DNA of 51,030 nucleotides, taken from positions 14,670,353-14,721,382 of the forward strand of contig NC_069002.1 of the NCBI RefSeq assembly GCF_001194135.2, read 5' to 3'. The notes under the pieces were generated by a model. It did no database searches and was not told the DNA's origin. It saw only the letters and a list, made by a program, of their open reading frames with translations. The position numbers and the translations under genes were made by a program. Below, piece by piece: positions 1 through 10,542 of this stretch (the first letter of the stretch is position 1; every line of letters begins with the position of its first letter). This DNA is from Octopus bimaculoides (Eukaryota).

Positions 1-54
1 ATATATATAATGATGAAGTAAACATGTTTACTTTATCATTACATTTATTAATAC

Positions 55-115
55 TATTAATCATCATCATAATTATCATTATCATCATCACCATCCTGCT
101 CCTCCTCCTCCTCCC

Positions 116-172
<57 letters not shown>
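55..172. repeat. (CAT)n/(CCT)n microsatellite
   Basis: Seen directly. Confidence 0.95.
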
Positions 173-173
<1 letters not shown>

Positions 174-431
174 GGAACTGTTATTCTTAGTTTTATTAGG
201 ATTTTGGTACGGTTTTTCTGTTTTGTGCTTCATGTTTTCTTTGTTTGCTTATGTTTTTTTTTGTTTTGTTTCTTGTCTCTTTTGCTTTTTTTCCTTCGTG
301 ATGTTCCGTGTGGTTGTCAAATGATAAAATTCATTGATAAACTATGACGCTTTGGGAGAAACAGAACATTAGACGTACAAGAGACAAGCGATAATTCAAA
401 TAATATTTACACTAACGATAACAACAAACAT

Positions 432-485
432 CACCACCACCACCGCCACCACCACCACCACCACAATAATAATAATAATAATAAC

Positions 486-543
<58 letters not shown>
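432..543. repeat. (CAC)n followed by (AAT)n microsatellite
   Basis: Seen directly. Confidence 0.95.
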
Positions 544-604
544 GCAGTTATTACTGTTACTATTTTTGTGGTTGTTTCTGTTGTTCTTAATGTTGTTAGA
601 CATT

Positions 605-770
605 GGGCTTAGCAGCATTTCGTCCATCTTTACCTTCCGAGTTCGAATTACGCCGACGTCGGCTTTGCCTTTCATCCTATCTCAGCCCGTGGAATAAGTA
701 TCAATTGATGACTGGAGTCTATATAATCGACTTTACTCGCCTCTCCGATTTCAGACCTTCTGCCTGCAGT
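605..770 (+). mobile_element. tRNA-derived SINE family A, 5'-truncated diverged copy
   Basis: gcttagcagcatttcgtcc...gagttcgaatt...ctttgcctttcatcc matches the family A core seen at 3697 and 32317. Confidence 0.7.
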
Positions 771-866
771 AGAAAGCTTTATTACTATTATCATCATCAT
801 AATTATTGTTATTTTATCATCGTTACTATTGTTGTTAGTGTGACGAGCTGGCTGAGTCGTTCACAC

Positions 867-947
867 GAAGAAGAAGAAGAAGAAGAAGAAGAAGAAGAAG
901 AAGAAGAAGAAGAAGAAGAAGAAGAAGAAGAAGAAGAAGAAGAAGAA
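867..947. repeat. (GAA)n microsatellite
   Basis: Seen directly. Confidence 0.97.
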
Positions 948-1954
948 GGTGACGCCGACAATGATGATGATGATGATAAATATAACGAATATAACAACCA
1001 CGGTGACTATTGTGATGACGATGTTAACGATGAAGTCGATAAACGATGATGAAGACGACGACGCCAACGACAGCTATGGGGACGAAACTACTATGATTAT
1101 CAGCAGAAGATGGGGAACGAACGATTGTGAAACATTTAACAGACCCAAATTAATTACTGGTATCTCTTAATTTCATGGACTAAGGAATGGTAAAGTGATT
1201 TTCCACTTTAGTTTTAGGGGTTGGGTCAAGAAGGATTGGGAGTGAGGATTAGAGCTGAGTCTAGTGGGAGTGATGGGATGAGGAGAGACAAGTGGGTAGG
1301 TATGCCTGATTGGGGAGATTATCGTTGTCGTAAATAGGAACAATACAAACAACTGATATGCGTCCGTAGGAGCGCCTCTAAGTGGTCACTTAACCTCTTA
1401 GAAATAACAGCCAAATCTCTCAAATCACATTATTACATTTAAACATGGGAATGGCACATTGGATAATATAGGCGTTGATGAACTATGCCTGCAGAGAAAA
1501 TGGGATTGTCAAGACTGGAATATTTCAGAACTGACATGGGAATAAACAACATCAGCAACATGAACATCCTACGGTATATCGACCTCCGCAAGGGTGAAAT
1601 TCAATGTCGGCTCCGAATGTTTGGACTTAAGAACTTCAGAATGTATGAGTTCATAAGCCAATAATTCTATATGGCATTGCCCCAAACTGTCAGACCTAAG
1701 CAATCAAGTGACGATATTGAAGTGTTGAAATAAGAGAAACAAAAAATGATAAAGCAAAAACAATAAAAACCAGCGCAAATGGAAATAATGATTATTTTTT
1801 TTTATACTTTTGTTGTTTGGTTTATGCAAATTGTCATGTTTTTGGTTTTTGTTTCGGTTTTCTATTTTCAGTGTTTGTTTTACAATGCTGCCACATTCCT
1901 TTGCATATTTCAATTTCTTCCGATGATAGATTGGGTTTATGTTATTTTACTAAC

Positions 1955-2097
1955 CTCACCAATAAATTCCTTCTTTCGCTTCCATTCAACCCATTTCGAC
2001 TTTTGGCCCCAAGCCACAAATACATTGAGTGGAGGGAGAGTATCACGTAATGATATATGCGTCAGCTGGTATGTGTTGAATACAAATATGTTACATT
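1955..2097 (-). CDS. Candidate exon of unknown product ((E)CNIFVFNTYQLTHISLRDTLPPLNVFVAWGQKSKWVEWKRKKEFIGE)
   Basis: Stop-free 47 codons between an acceptor (tcaattcctgttAG) and a donor (GAG|GTTAGT). The phase-1 start fits the WRNIP1 exon ending at 4645. No recognised homology. Confidence 0.25.
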
Positions 2098-3696
2098 CTA
2101 ACAGGAATTGAGTTCTTCCAAATCAAAATGCTAGGATAGCATTAGATGTCGAGGGAAGGAATTACTATTTATTAAAAAAACAAACACGTTATCTTTGACA
2201 TGGGTGCTCTGTTTTCCTTGTAGCTTGTCAAAAAGTTGTCATTAGTTTGATTAGCTGCTAACGAACTGACCATAGCTGCCACGATCGTTTCTTTACTGTG
2301 TGTTATATATAGTACTCGAATACCAGAGGTAGAGTAATATGCTTTACTAAAAAGCAGCAAAAATATCACAAAAGCTGTTACTCAGAGTTTCACGCTCCCG
2401 TTCGTCGAACGGGAATATTTTTGCTGCTTTTTAATAAAGTATGTGTGTGTGTGTGTGTGTGTGTGTGTNNNNNNNNNNNNNNNNNNNNNNNNNNNNNNNN
2501 NNNNNNNNNNNNNNNNNNNNNNNNNNNNNNNNNNNNNNNNNNNNNNNNNNNNNNNNNNNNNNNNNNNNNNNNNNNNNNNNNNNNNNNNNNNNNNNNNNNN
2601 NNNNNNNNNNNNNNNNNNNNNNNNNNNNNNNNNNNNNNNNNNNNNNNNNNNNNNNNNNNNNNNNNNNNNNNNNNNNNNNNNNNNNNNNNNNNNNNNNNNN
2701 NNNNNNNNNNNNNNNNNNNNNNNNNNNNNNNNNNNNNNNNNNNNNNNNNNNNNNNNNNNNNNNNNNNNNNNNNNNNNNNNNNNNNNNNNNNNNNNNNNNN
2801 NNNNNNNNNNNNNNNNNNNNNNNNNNNNNNNNNNNNNNNNNNNNNNNNNNNNNNNNNNNNNNNNNNNNNNNNNNNNNNNNNNNNNNNNNNNNNNNNNNNN
2901 NNNNNNNNNNNNNNNNNNNNNNNNNNNNNNNNNNNNNNNNNNNNNNNNNNNNNNNNNNNNNNNNNNNNNNNNNNNNNNNNNNNNNNNNNNNNNNNNNNNN
3001 NNNNNNNNNNNNNNNNNNNNNNNNNNNNNNNNNNNNNNNNNNNNNNNNNNNNNNNNNNNNNNNNNNNNNNNNNNNNNNNNNNNNNNNNNNNNNNNNNNNN
3101 NNNNNNNNNNNNNNNNNNNNNNNNNNNNNNNNNNNNNNNNNNNNNNNNNNNNNNNNNNNNNNNTATATATATATATATGATCCAATAGTGTCGTCGGAAG
3201 GGTGATATAGTAATATACATACATACATACGTACCTACATGCATACATAAATACTTACATGCATGTAGCACACAAGGCTTTTCGTGTTTCGATTTCTAAT
3301 TCACCTGAACGAAAATCAAATTATGGAAGCTGGGATATTTCTATGTGTAAGATGATAAGGGAATGCGATGATTGAATTGTATTCGATTAACAAAATGCAG
3401 TGAAAAACTCAAAGTGGGTATGGGGGATTGATATTATATATGATACAAGAACCATTAGACGAGAGAGAAAGATAGAGAGAGATGGGGAGAGGAAGAGAAG
3501 AAGAGGGAGATTAATGTTTGAAATTGAAATGGAAAGATAATTAGTGAGTGGTCAAAGGTCGAAAGTCGCTGCAATAGAACAGTTAGAGGAGAAGAGTGAG
3601 GTCGGTTGAAATGGGAGGAGTGAAGAAAGTGAAATAAACTCGATAACAGAGCCATAACGATAACGATAATTGCTAATTATTTCATTAATAAGAACG

Positions 3697-3925
3697 AAGG
3701 CAGCGAGCTGGCAGAATCGTTAGCACGCCAGGCTAAATGCTTCAAGGTATTTCGTCAGTCTTTATATTCTGAGTTCAAATTCTGCCGAGGTCAACTTTGT
3801 CTTTCATCCCTTTTGGGGTCGATAAAAAAAGTATCATTTGAGTAGTTGAGTCGATGTTATTGATTTATTCCCCCACCCATGAACTTGCTGGCCTTGTGCC
3901 AAAATATCAAATCAATATTCCGCCA
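3697..3925 (+). mobile_element. tRNA-derived SINE family A, full-length (tail type 3)
   Basis: Head aaggcagcgagctggcagaatcgttagc (A-box-like) and gagttcaaattc (B-box-like). Homologous to the other family A copies in the window. Confidence 0.85.
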
Positions 3926-4320
3926 GAATGAAGGGAAAGTTCTGCAGTTCAAATAGTCCCTATTTTTCATTTCAACATCCTCTGAGGTTAATAAAACAAG
4001 TACCAGTTATATGCTATGGTCGACCAGTAATTTAAATTATTCAACTACAAATTTCGTTTTACGCTAACATCAGATATTAATTTTGTATATCGATTATACG
4101 TGGAGGTTTTGTATAATTGGTTGAGCAACGGAAATAATTAACATGCGTTATTTAAATAAGGTGGTGAAATTAGCAATGGATATCGGGTCGAATGCTATCT
4201 TTCTGTGTCGACTTCCTGACTTTCTGAGGTCGAAACCGGTTAAGGTAAACCTTGCTTTTCATCGTTTTGGTATCCATAATTGAAAGTACTTGTCAAATAC
4301 TGGGCCACNNNNNNNNNNCA

Positions 4321-4500
4321 CCAGGCTCCAATCTGATCTGGCAGAGTTTCTACAGCTGGATGCCCATAGAAACCGTGCTACAACAGACAGTTGGAGTCTG
4401 GACAACTCCCTGGCTGGCCAGCTCCTATCAAACCATACCAACCCATGCCAGCATGGAAAATAGACATTAAATGATGATGATGATGAAGAGGATAATGATG
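4321..4500. mobile_element. SINE/LINE-tail family C fragments in both orientations, ending in a (GAT)n tail
   Basis: 4321-4365 matches the 7011 unit. 4367-4470 is the opposite orientation and ends cccatgccagcatggaaa..attaaa(tga)n. Confidence 0.75.
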
Positions 4501-4644
4501 ATGATGATGATGATGATGATGCTGATGCAGATGATGATGGTGATGATGAGGATAATGACAATCATGATGATGGTGCTGATGATGATGATGACGACGACGA
4601 CGACGATGATGATGACAATGACTGGTAAAAATGTGTCGACTCAC

Positions 4645-4810
4645 CAAGAGATTTCATGAGGCCAGTTGTTGCATTCCTCAAGTGGAGAGGTACTGACGGC
4701 AGCGGGCCCCTGTGTTCAAGAATGCATTGTTTTGCTTTCGTGTATGCAGAATACACTTCAACGGATTTCGGTGCACGGGCTAAATACACTGCACACTGTG
4801 CCAAGATGAC
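4645..4810 (-). CDS. WRNIP1: WRNIP1 exon, MgsA C-terminal domain (VILAQCAVYLARAPKSVEVYSAY...PLPSVPLHLRNATTGLMKSLG)
   Basis: Contains the motifs AxAPKS and VPLHLRNA..LMKxLG. Acceptor tcttaaAG, donor GTGAGT; 166 nt, phase 0-1, so at least one more exon is required. Confidence 0.96.
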
Positions 4811-5149
4811 CTTTAAGAGATATATATACATATATATATATAAATATATAGTTTAGGGAAAAGAACCAAGGTTCATGAACTCATCAATGAAAATCCACTG
4901 TCACATATAGAAAAATTAATAATTAAAAGCACAATAAATGAATATAATATAATACAAAGTAAATATTATAAGATAAAGATAATATATATATATATATATG
5001 AATATAGTTTACAGCTGAAATGTATGTAGGATCAACAAAGAAAGCAATCTGCTCACTGTGATATAAATATCATTTAATGTACTTCATTGGACACTAAACT
5101 CCGCTTGCGAAGACCTGTTGAGGCAAGTGAAATCGAACCAAATTCGACG

Positions 5150-5493
5150 ACTGGCACCTTGGGTGAGTGTCTTCTACTATAGCCTTGGGCCGACCAAAGC
5201 CTTGTGAGTGGATTTGGTAAACGGAAACTGAAAGAAGCCTGTCGTATATATGTATATATATATATATGTATGTGTGTATATGTTGTGTATCTGTGTTTGT
5301 CCCCCCCAACATCACTTGACAACTGATGTTGGTGTGTTTGAGTTCCCATTACTTAGCGGTTCGGCAAAAGAGACCGATAGAATAAGTACTAGGCTTCCAA
5401 AGAATAAGTGCTGGGGTCGATTTACTCGACTAAAGGCGGTGCTCCAGCATGGCCACAGTCAAATGACTGAAACAAGTAAAAGAGTAAAGAGAG

Positions 5494-5495
<2 letters not shown>
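5150..5495 (+). mobile_element. SINE family B (head replaced by other sequence), with an internal TA/TG microsatellite
   Basis: ggcaccttgggtgagtgtcttctactatagcc...gcggtgctccagcatggccacagtcaaatgactgaaacaagtaaaagag; near-identical to 45828-46225. Confidence 0.85.
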
Positions 5496-5556
<61 letters not shown>

Positions 5557-5872
5557 GTGTTCAATATTTGCTAAATTTTAAACGATAAATTTCTAATTAC
5601 ATGAACTCTGCGTCCTACAAAGTAGTTTGTTTACATTTGAAAATTCCTAAACATAGTCCTCAAATAAGTCATTTCATAACTCACAACCAAAGTATATTTA
5701 TTTTTCCTGAAGAGGCCTAGAGAACCATACATGTACCTCTGTTCTCATCCACTTCATCTATCAATTACTCCAGTTTACTGTTGTTATATAGATAGAATGA
5801 GGCATGTCACCACTAGGCTGAAACAGCTGTAAGACAGCTGGCTGTGTGCCAGAATTTGAAATTAATACTTAC

Positions 5873-5952
5873 ATCACACTCTGGCTTTCCAATGAAGTTG
5901 GTTGCTTGAAATGCAGCGACGGCTTGGGTCAAAGCAAGAGGATCAGCTAATC
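5873..5952 (-). CDS. WRNIP1: WRNIP1 internal exon (GLADPLALTQAVAAFQATNFIGKPECD)
   Basis: Continues SEDIG-LADP. Acceptor aatccAG, donor GTAAGT; 80 nt, phase 1-0. Confidence 0.95.
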
Positions 5953-6029
5953 CTGGATTATATAGAAAGAAAGAATGAGAGGAAAGTGATGGAGATGTTA
6001 GAATAAAAGGGCAAGTGTGTGCGTGATGC

Positions 6030-6520
6030 TGAAATCCTCTCCTTTTGCGCAAGCTCTCTGTCATACCCTCATCAACGAAGAAAGGCCCTGTACTGGTGCC
6101 ATATAAAAACCACTCATGCTGGTTCCATGTTAACGGCACCTGTTCGAGTGCCATGTAGATGGCACTTGTGCCAGTATCACGTAAAAAATCACCCATGCCA
6201 GTGCCCTGTAGAGAACACATGTGCCAGTCCCACATACAGTGCACAGTTTCCACAGTTTCCACAGATAAAAAGCATATGTACCAGTGCCACGTAGAGAGCA
6301 GCTGAGCTGGTACCATGTTAGAAACAGGTGATGGCACCATGTGAAAGGCACACCTGTCAGGGTCATGTAAAAAGCACCTGTGCAAGTGCCACATAGCAAA
6401 AAAATCTGTGCTAGCACCACATAAAAAGGCACTCAGTATACTTTATAAACCGGTTGGCATCAGGAAGGGCATCCAGCTGTAGAAACCATACCAAATCAGA
6501 CTGGACCTGGTGCAGCCCTC
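6030..6520 (+). mobile_element. SINE-like family C, plus orientation, with internal ~30-bp gcacc..gtgcca..aaaaagcacc subrepeats
   Basis: The core ggttggcatcaggaagggcatccagctgtagaaacc is the reverse complement of the 7011-7072 core. Confidence 0.8.
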
Positions 6521-6524
6521 AGTA

Positions 6525-6632
6525 CTAGGCATCCAAAGAATAAGTCCTGGGGTCGATTTGCTCGACTAAAAAGGCGGTGCTCCAACATGGCCACAGTCAA
6601 ATGACTGAAACAATTAAAAGAGTAAAGAGTAA
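6525..6632 (+). mobile_element. SINE family B, 3' portion fused behind the family C copy
   Basis: aagaataagtcctggggtcgatttgctcgact...gtcaaatgactgaaacaattaaaagag. Confidence 0.8.
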
Positions 6633-6715
6633 CATGTATTCACCTAACTCACGCTGACATGGAGAACAGACATAAAACAAAGGAACAAGAAAGACGGAAA
6701 CATGCAAATGCTTAC

Positions 6716-6871
6716 CTATGTCTTCTGAAGCAGTTCGCACCAATCGACGTGCAATGAAGAGTGGATCCTCACCTCCTTCGAGCATCCGTGCCATCCAGTA
6801 TAGCGCAGCATCTGGGTCAGATCCACGGATGGATTTTTGCAATGCCGATGCACAGTTGTAATGTTCTTCAC
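6716..6871 (-). CDS. WRNIP1: WRNIP1 internal exon ([53 protein letters not shown])
   Basis: Contains the family motifs SALxKSxRGSD, ALYWxARML and ARRLVxxASEDIG. Acceptor ctttctcAG, donor GTAAGC; 156 nt, phase 1-1. Confidence 0.97.
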   Translation of the reverse strand: MKNITTVHRHCKNPSVDLTQMLRYTGWHGCSKEVRIHSSLHVDWCELLQKT

Positions 6872-6921
6872 CTGAGAAAGGCAAACGAGAAAAAGAAATA
6901 AACAAAAATGGTAAAATAAAT

Positions 6922-7460
6922 ATCATCATCATCATCGTCGTTTAACGTCTGCTTTCCATGCTGGCATGGGTTGGACAGTTTGACTGAGGACTGGCAAGTC
7001 ATGGAGGCTGCACCAGGCTCCAATCTGTTCTGACAAGGTTTCTACAGCTGGATGCCCTTCCTGATACCAACCACTCCGAGAGTGTAGTGGGTGCTTTTTA
7101 CATGCCACTGGCACGGGAGCCAGTCAGGCTACACCAGGCTCCAATCTGATTTGGCAGAGTTTCTACAGCTGGATGCCCTTCTTTATGCCAACCACTCAGA
7201 GAGTGTAGTGGGTGCTTTTTACATGCCACTGGCACGGGAGCCAGTCAGGCTACACCAGGCTCCAATCTGATTTGGCAGAGTTTCTACAGCTGGATGCCCT
7301 TCTTTATGCCAACCACTCTGAGAGTGTAGTGGGTGCTTTTACATGCCACCGGCACGAGGGCCAGTCAGGCGGGTATTGGCGACGGCCACACTCAAAATGG
7401 TGTATTTTACATGCCACCTGCACAGGAGCCAGTCCAGTGGCACTGGTAACGATCTCGCTC
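6922..7460 (-). mobile_element. SINE-like family C, minus orientation, containing a 3x121-bp tandem triplication
   Basis: (CAT)n tail at ~6922-6935. Units start caccaggctccaatctg at 7011, 7132 and 7253. Confidence 0.85.
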
Positions 7461-7701
7461 AAATTCATTCAAACAATGGTGAATATCCCTAGATACAGAG
7501 TAGATAAACAAACAAACAAACTGTGAATAGCCAAGGCCAACCAGTTCAGTAAATAAACTACTGCTGTAATCTGTAGTCATGGTATGCTCTGTGAGGACAT
7601 CTGGTGTGAAAGAGTTTCGATGGTTTGGGTAAGTTACTTGACCGGATGATATTTCATTAAAATCAATAGACATACAATAAGGACAATTGCAATTTCCTAA
7701 C

Positions 7702-7916
7702 CCTTTTTATCGTAGAGAATACAAGATCGTTCAAGGCTTTCCTTCACACAGTCAACATCGATGATGGTTGGAGAATACTCGGTGGTGTCAACTTCGTTCT
7801 TTTGTATTTGACTTTGTACTGCCATCTGGAGGCAGTTGAGAGCAACACGGCCATCTCCATCACAGAGGAAAGCAATTTCTTCAATAACTTTATTGTTGAT
7901 CCATACATTGGGTCTT
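7702..7916 (-). CDS. WRNIP1: WRNIP1/MgsA-like AAA+ ATPase, internal exon (lid region; RPNVWINNKVIEEIAFLCDGDGRVALNCLQMAV...ERSCILYDKKG)
   Basis: The peptide matches the MgsA/RarA/WRNIP1 lid motif xDGDxRxALNxL and ends in LYDKxG. Acceptor is tttctacAG; donor is GTTAGG at 7701. The phase-1 end joins the next exon to give YDKKG-EEHYN. Confidence 0.93.
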
Positions 7917-7977
7917 CTGTAGAAACAATGACACAAAGAAATGAGTTTATAATGCATATATATATACAAATATATAT

Positions 7978-8100
7978 ATAGGGTTGGCCAAAAGTCACCC
8001 AACGGTAAATCAAAATTCCATAAATGCTATTTGTAATTTTGTATTGACTTGACTGGAAAAATGTGTCGCTCAGGGATTTCAGCTTGAACAATTTTCATGA
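7978..8100 (+). mobile_element. Possible Tc1/mariner terminal fragment
   Basis: TA-flanked (c)agggttggccaaaagtcaccc resembles TA|CAGGG-type TIR starts. No matching other end was found. Confidence 0.35.
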
Positions 8101-8221
8101 TGTTTAATATTTAGATGCTTTTATTAAATTCATTCAGTTGTTAAACATAAATAGATCTTGGCTGTTCCGTTGATCGTATCAACTGGGACCCACATCGTCG
8201 AAACCAACGGAGTGTTCCTAT

Positions 8222-8258
<37 letters not shown>

Positions 8259-8495
8259 CAATAATAATAATAATAATAATCCTTTCTACCCAAGGCACAA
8301 GGCCTGAAATTTTGGGGGAGGGGGCCAGTCGATTAGATCAACCCCAGTATGCAACTAGTACTTGTTTAATCATCCTTGAAAGGATGAAAAGCAAAGTCAA
8401 CCTAGGCGGAATTTGAACTCAGAACGTAACGGCAGACGAAATACCGCTAAGCATTTCGCCCGGCGTGCTAACGATTCTGCCAGCTCACCGCCTTT
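8222..8495 (-). mobile_element. SINE family A (tail type 1) with an (ATT)n tail
   Basis: The reverse complement of the head lies at 8470-8495 (ctgccagctcaccgcctt). The core is shared with 21732-21928. (AAT)n at 8222-8280. Confidence 0.85.
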
Positions 8496-9033
8496 CTCTC
8501 TTCCTCTGTAATTATTAGCAGTTCATGCCTGGGTTTGTCTGTGCTTCATGTAGTTCTTCAGAAATGCTTACTTCACATTCATTCAACATGTTTTTGAATA
8601 AATTATGCGAATCCTTGCCAGCGTTAAAGTTTTTTTACTTCTGTCATTTATGCTATGCTGATGACGCATCTTGAGGTAGAAATTCGTCTCAGAACTTTTC
8701 TGTTGTCACCAGATTAAAGACAAAAAAAAAGCAGACTAATTTTCCTGCAATCACTTCAATTCCAAAGAAATCTTGGTACATGCGATCATCGCAATTGCTC
8801 GTTCGGTATTTGTCGCAGCTGACGCTAGGTAATTGTTTACCTTCGTTTGAAGCGAAAAGAAGCTCAAATCAAGAATATATATATATATTATATTGTGTGA
8901 TATTTAACATAGCTCTATTTGCCATTGTTGTCCGAATCCACGCCGCTGCCCCTCACTCATTTTAATATGTGCATATGTAAATGTGTAAGTGTGTTTGTGT
9001 GTCCCTGTGTAGTATGCATGTATGTATATGCAT

Positions 9034-9278
<245 letters not shown>

Positions 9279-9586
9279 TTGCGATGTTATGATTACTGAA
9301 ATAATTTGAATAGAATTAATATATTATCAAAGATCTTAATCACTACAAAAAATAAAGTCAAACATAGTAACCAGATAAGCAATCAGTTTGTCTTATATAT
9401 ATATATGCGACTAAAGTACAGGCATCCTTATATTGAATATACAGACAGGCTTACATACATATAGACGTACACAAGTACACACAGAAACACACTTATACAT
9501 GCACATATATATCTGCAATGTGTTATATATACGCATACATTTCTATACGAACACATACATGCATGTAAATATATATATATATATAT

Positions 9587-10542
9587 TTATTGGCTAAACT
9601 GGCAATATGACCATCCCCAAGTACAACAACATCTGTTTCAACACACGATTTCACATCAAAAATCTTGCAAAACAAATATATATATATACATATATATATT
9701 GTCGGCATTTTACATATTTAATTTCGCGCATGCGCATTGCTTGTTTTTGATTTTGTCGACTAAACAATATCGTAGCGTCTCTTAGGCACCGTCTGTGAGA
9801 AAAACACCACTATGACGCAATTCACTCACCCAGAAACTGAGTAACGACATGCTGTATGGCTTGACATTCGTGCCGGAAGCTCCCATACGAATAAATGGTG
9901 AACACGCAGAACAACCATTGGCTTGCCGTGTCCTCAAAACACATACAGAGACAAAACACGTAATGATGATTGCAGTGATCATTAGTGATGGCGACAGTAT
10001 GCCTCTATTCATATTCTCACACGGCCTCACACTCAACACGGAGGTCTACATCAAGTGTCTGGAAGAGGTAGTGCTGCCCTGGGTCAATAGGGTGGCTCCT
10101 GGAAGATCCTATGTCTGGCAATAGGACTTTGCACCATGCCACACAACCAAGAGAATGCAGGCATGGCTGACAGACAATTTCTGCGACCTCATCACCTCTA
10201 ACATCTGGTCAACAAACTCCCCAGACTGCAACCCCCTTGATTATTATGTCTGGGGTACAGTTGAGCGAGAGATCAACAAAACTCCTTGTACCACCAAAGA
10301 TGAACCGAAGGCAAGGATTATGGCAGCATTCACAAACCTAAGCAAGGAGACCGTACAGAAGCGTTGCATGAGATTCCGAAGTCGTCTGGAGGCCGTGGTT
10401 GAAACCAATGGCGATTTTATGGAATAAGTTTACTCTTTAGTATTTCCAGATATTTTTATGTAATTTTGGTAAATGTATCTATTAAAATGAGATGTCACTA
10501 TGTCACTGTTATTTTCATTTTTACATAATTTAGACAACAATA
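9587..10542 (+). mobile_element. Internally deleted Tc1/mariner DD37D (maT/Bmmar1-like) transposon
   Basis: A short N-terminus (ATG 9812) is joined to NTQNNHWLA...YVWQ*DFAPCH...SPDCNPLDYYVWG...RSRLEAVVETNGDFME*. I count 37 residues between the last two Asp. Imperfect TIRs ttattggctaaact / aatttagacaacaa|ta; end coordinates are tentative. Confidence 0.85.

Noticed and set aside
24-1170. Poly-I/Y/E/S/F ORFs (similar ones at 4259-4659, 8919-9309, 11301-12055, 36123-36645, 40928-41477 and 41662-42047)
   Set aside because: These are translations of microsatellites, with no splice or homology support.
2382-3271. Long ORFs spanning N runs (also at 12771-13639, 16135-16751, 18647-19868, 27025-27769, 43325-44344 and 46572-47181)
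   Set aside because: They are open only because N codons are not stops, and their flanks are dinucleotide repeats.
3697-3790. tRNA-like sequences (also at 31002, 32317 and 45828)
   Set aside because: They lack a complete cloverleaf and continue into SINE bodies, so they are SINE heads and not tRNA genes.
5813-6394. 193-aa minus-strand ORF
   Set aside because: Only 5873-5952 is WRNIP1 coding sequence; the rest is family C repeat and intron.
7011-7372. Regular repeats that might suggest a CRISPR array (also 44717-44796)
   Set aside because: There are no unique spacers and no cas genes, the context is eukaryotic, and these are plain tandem duplications.
8540-8720. Minus-strand pieces superficially like WRNIP1 (NECE|gtaagc and VTTEK)
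   Set aside because: The surrounding residues do not match the family, and stops intervene.
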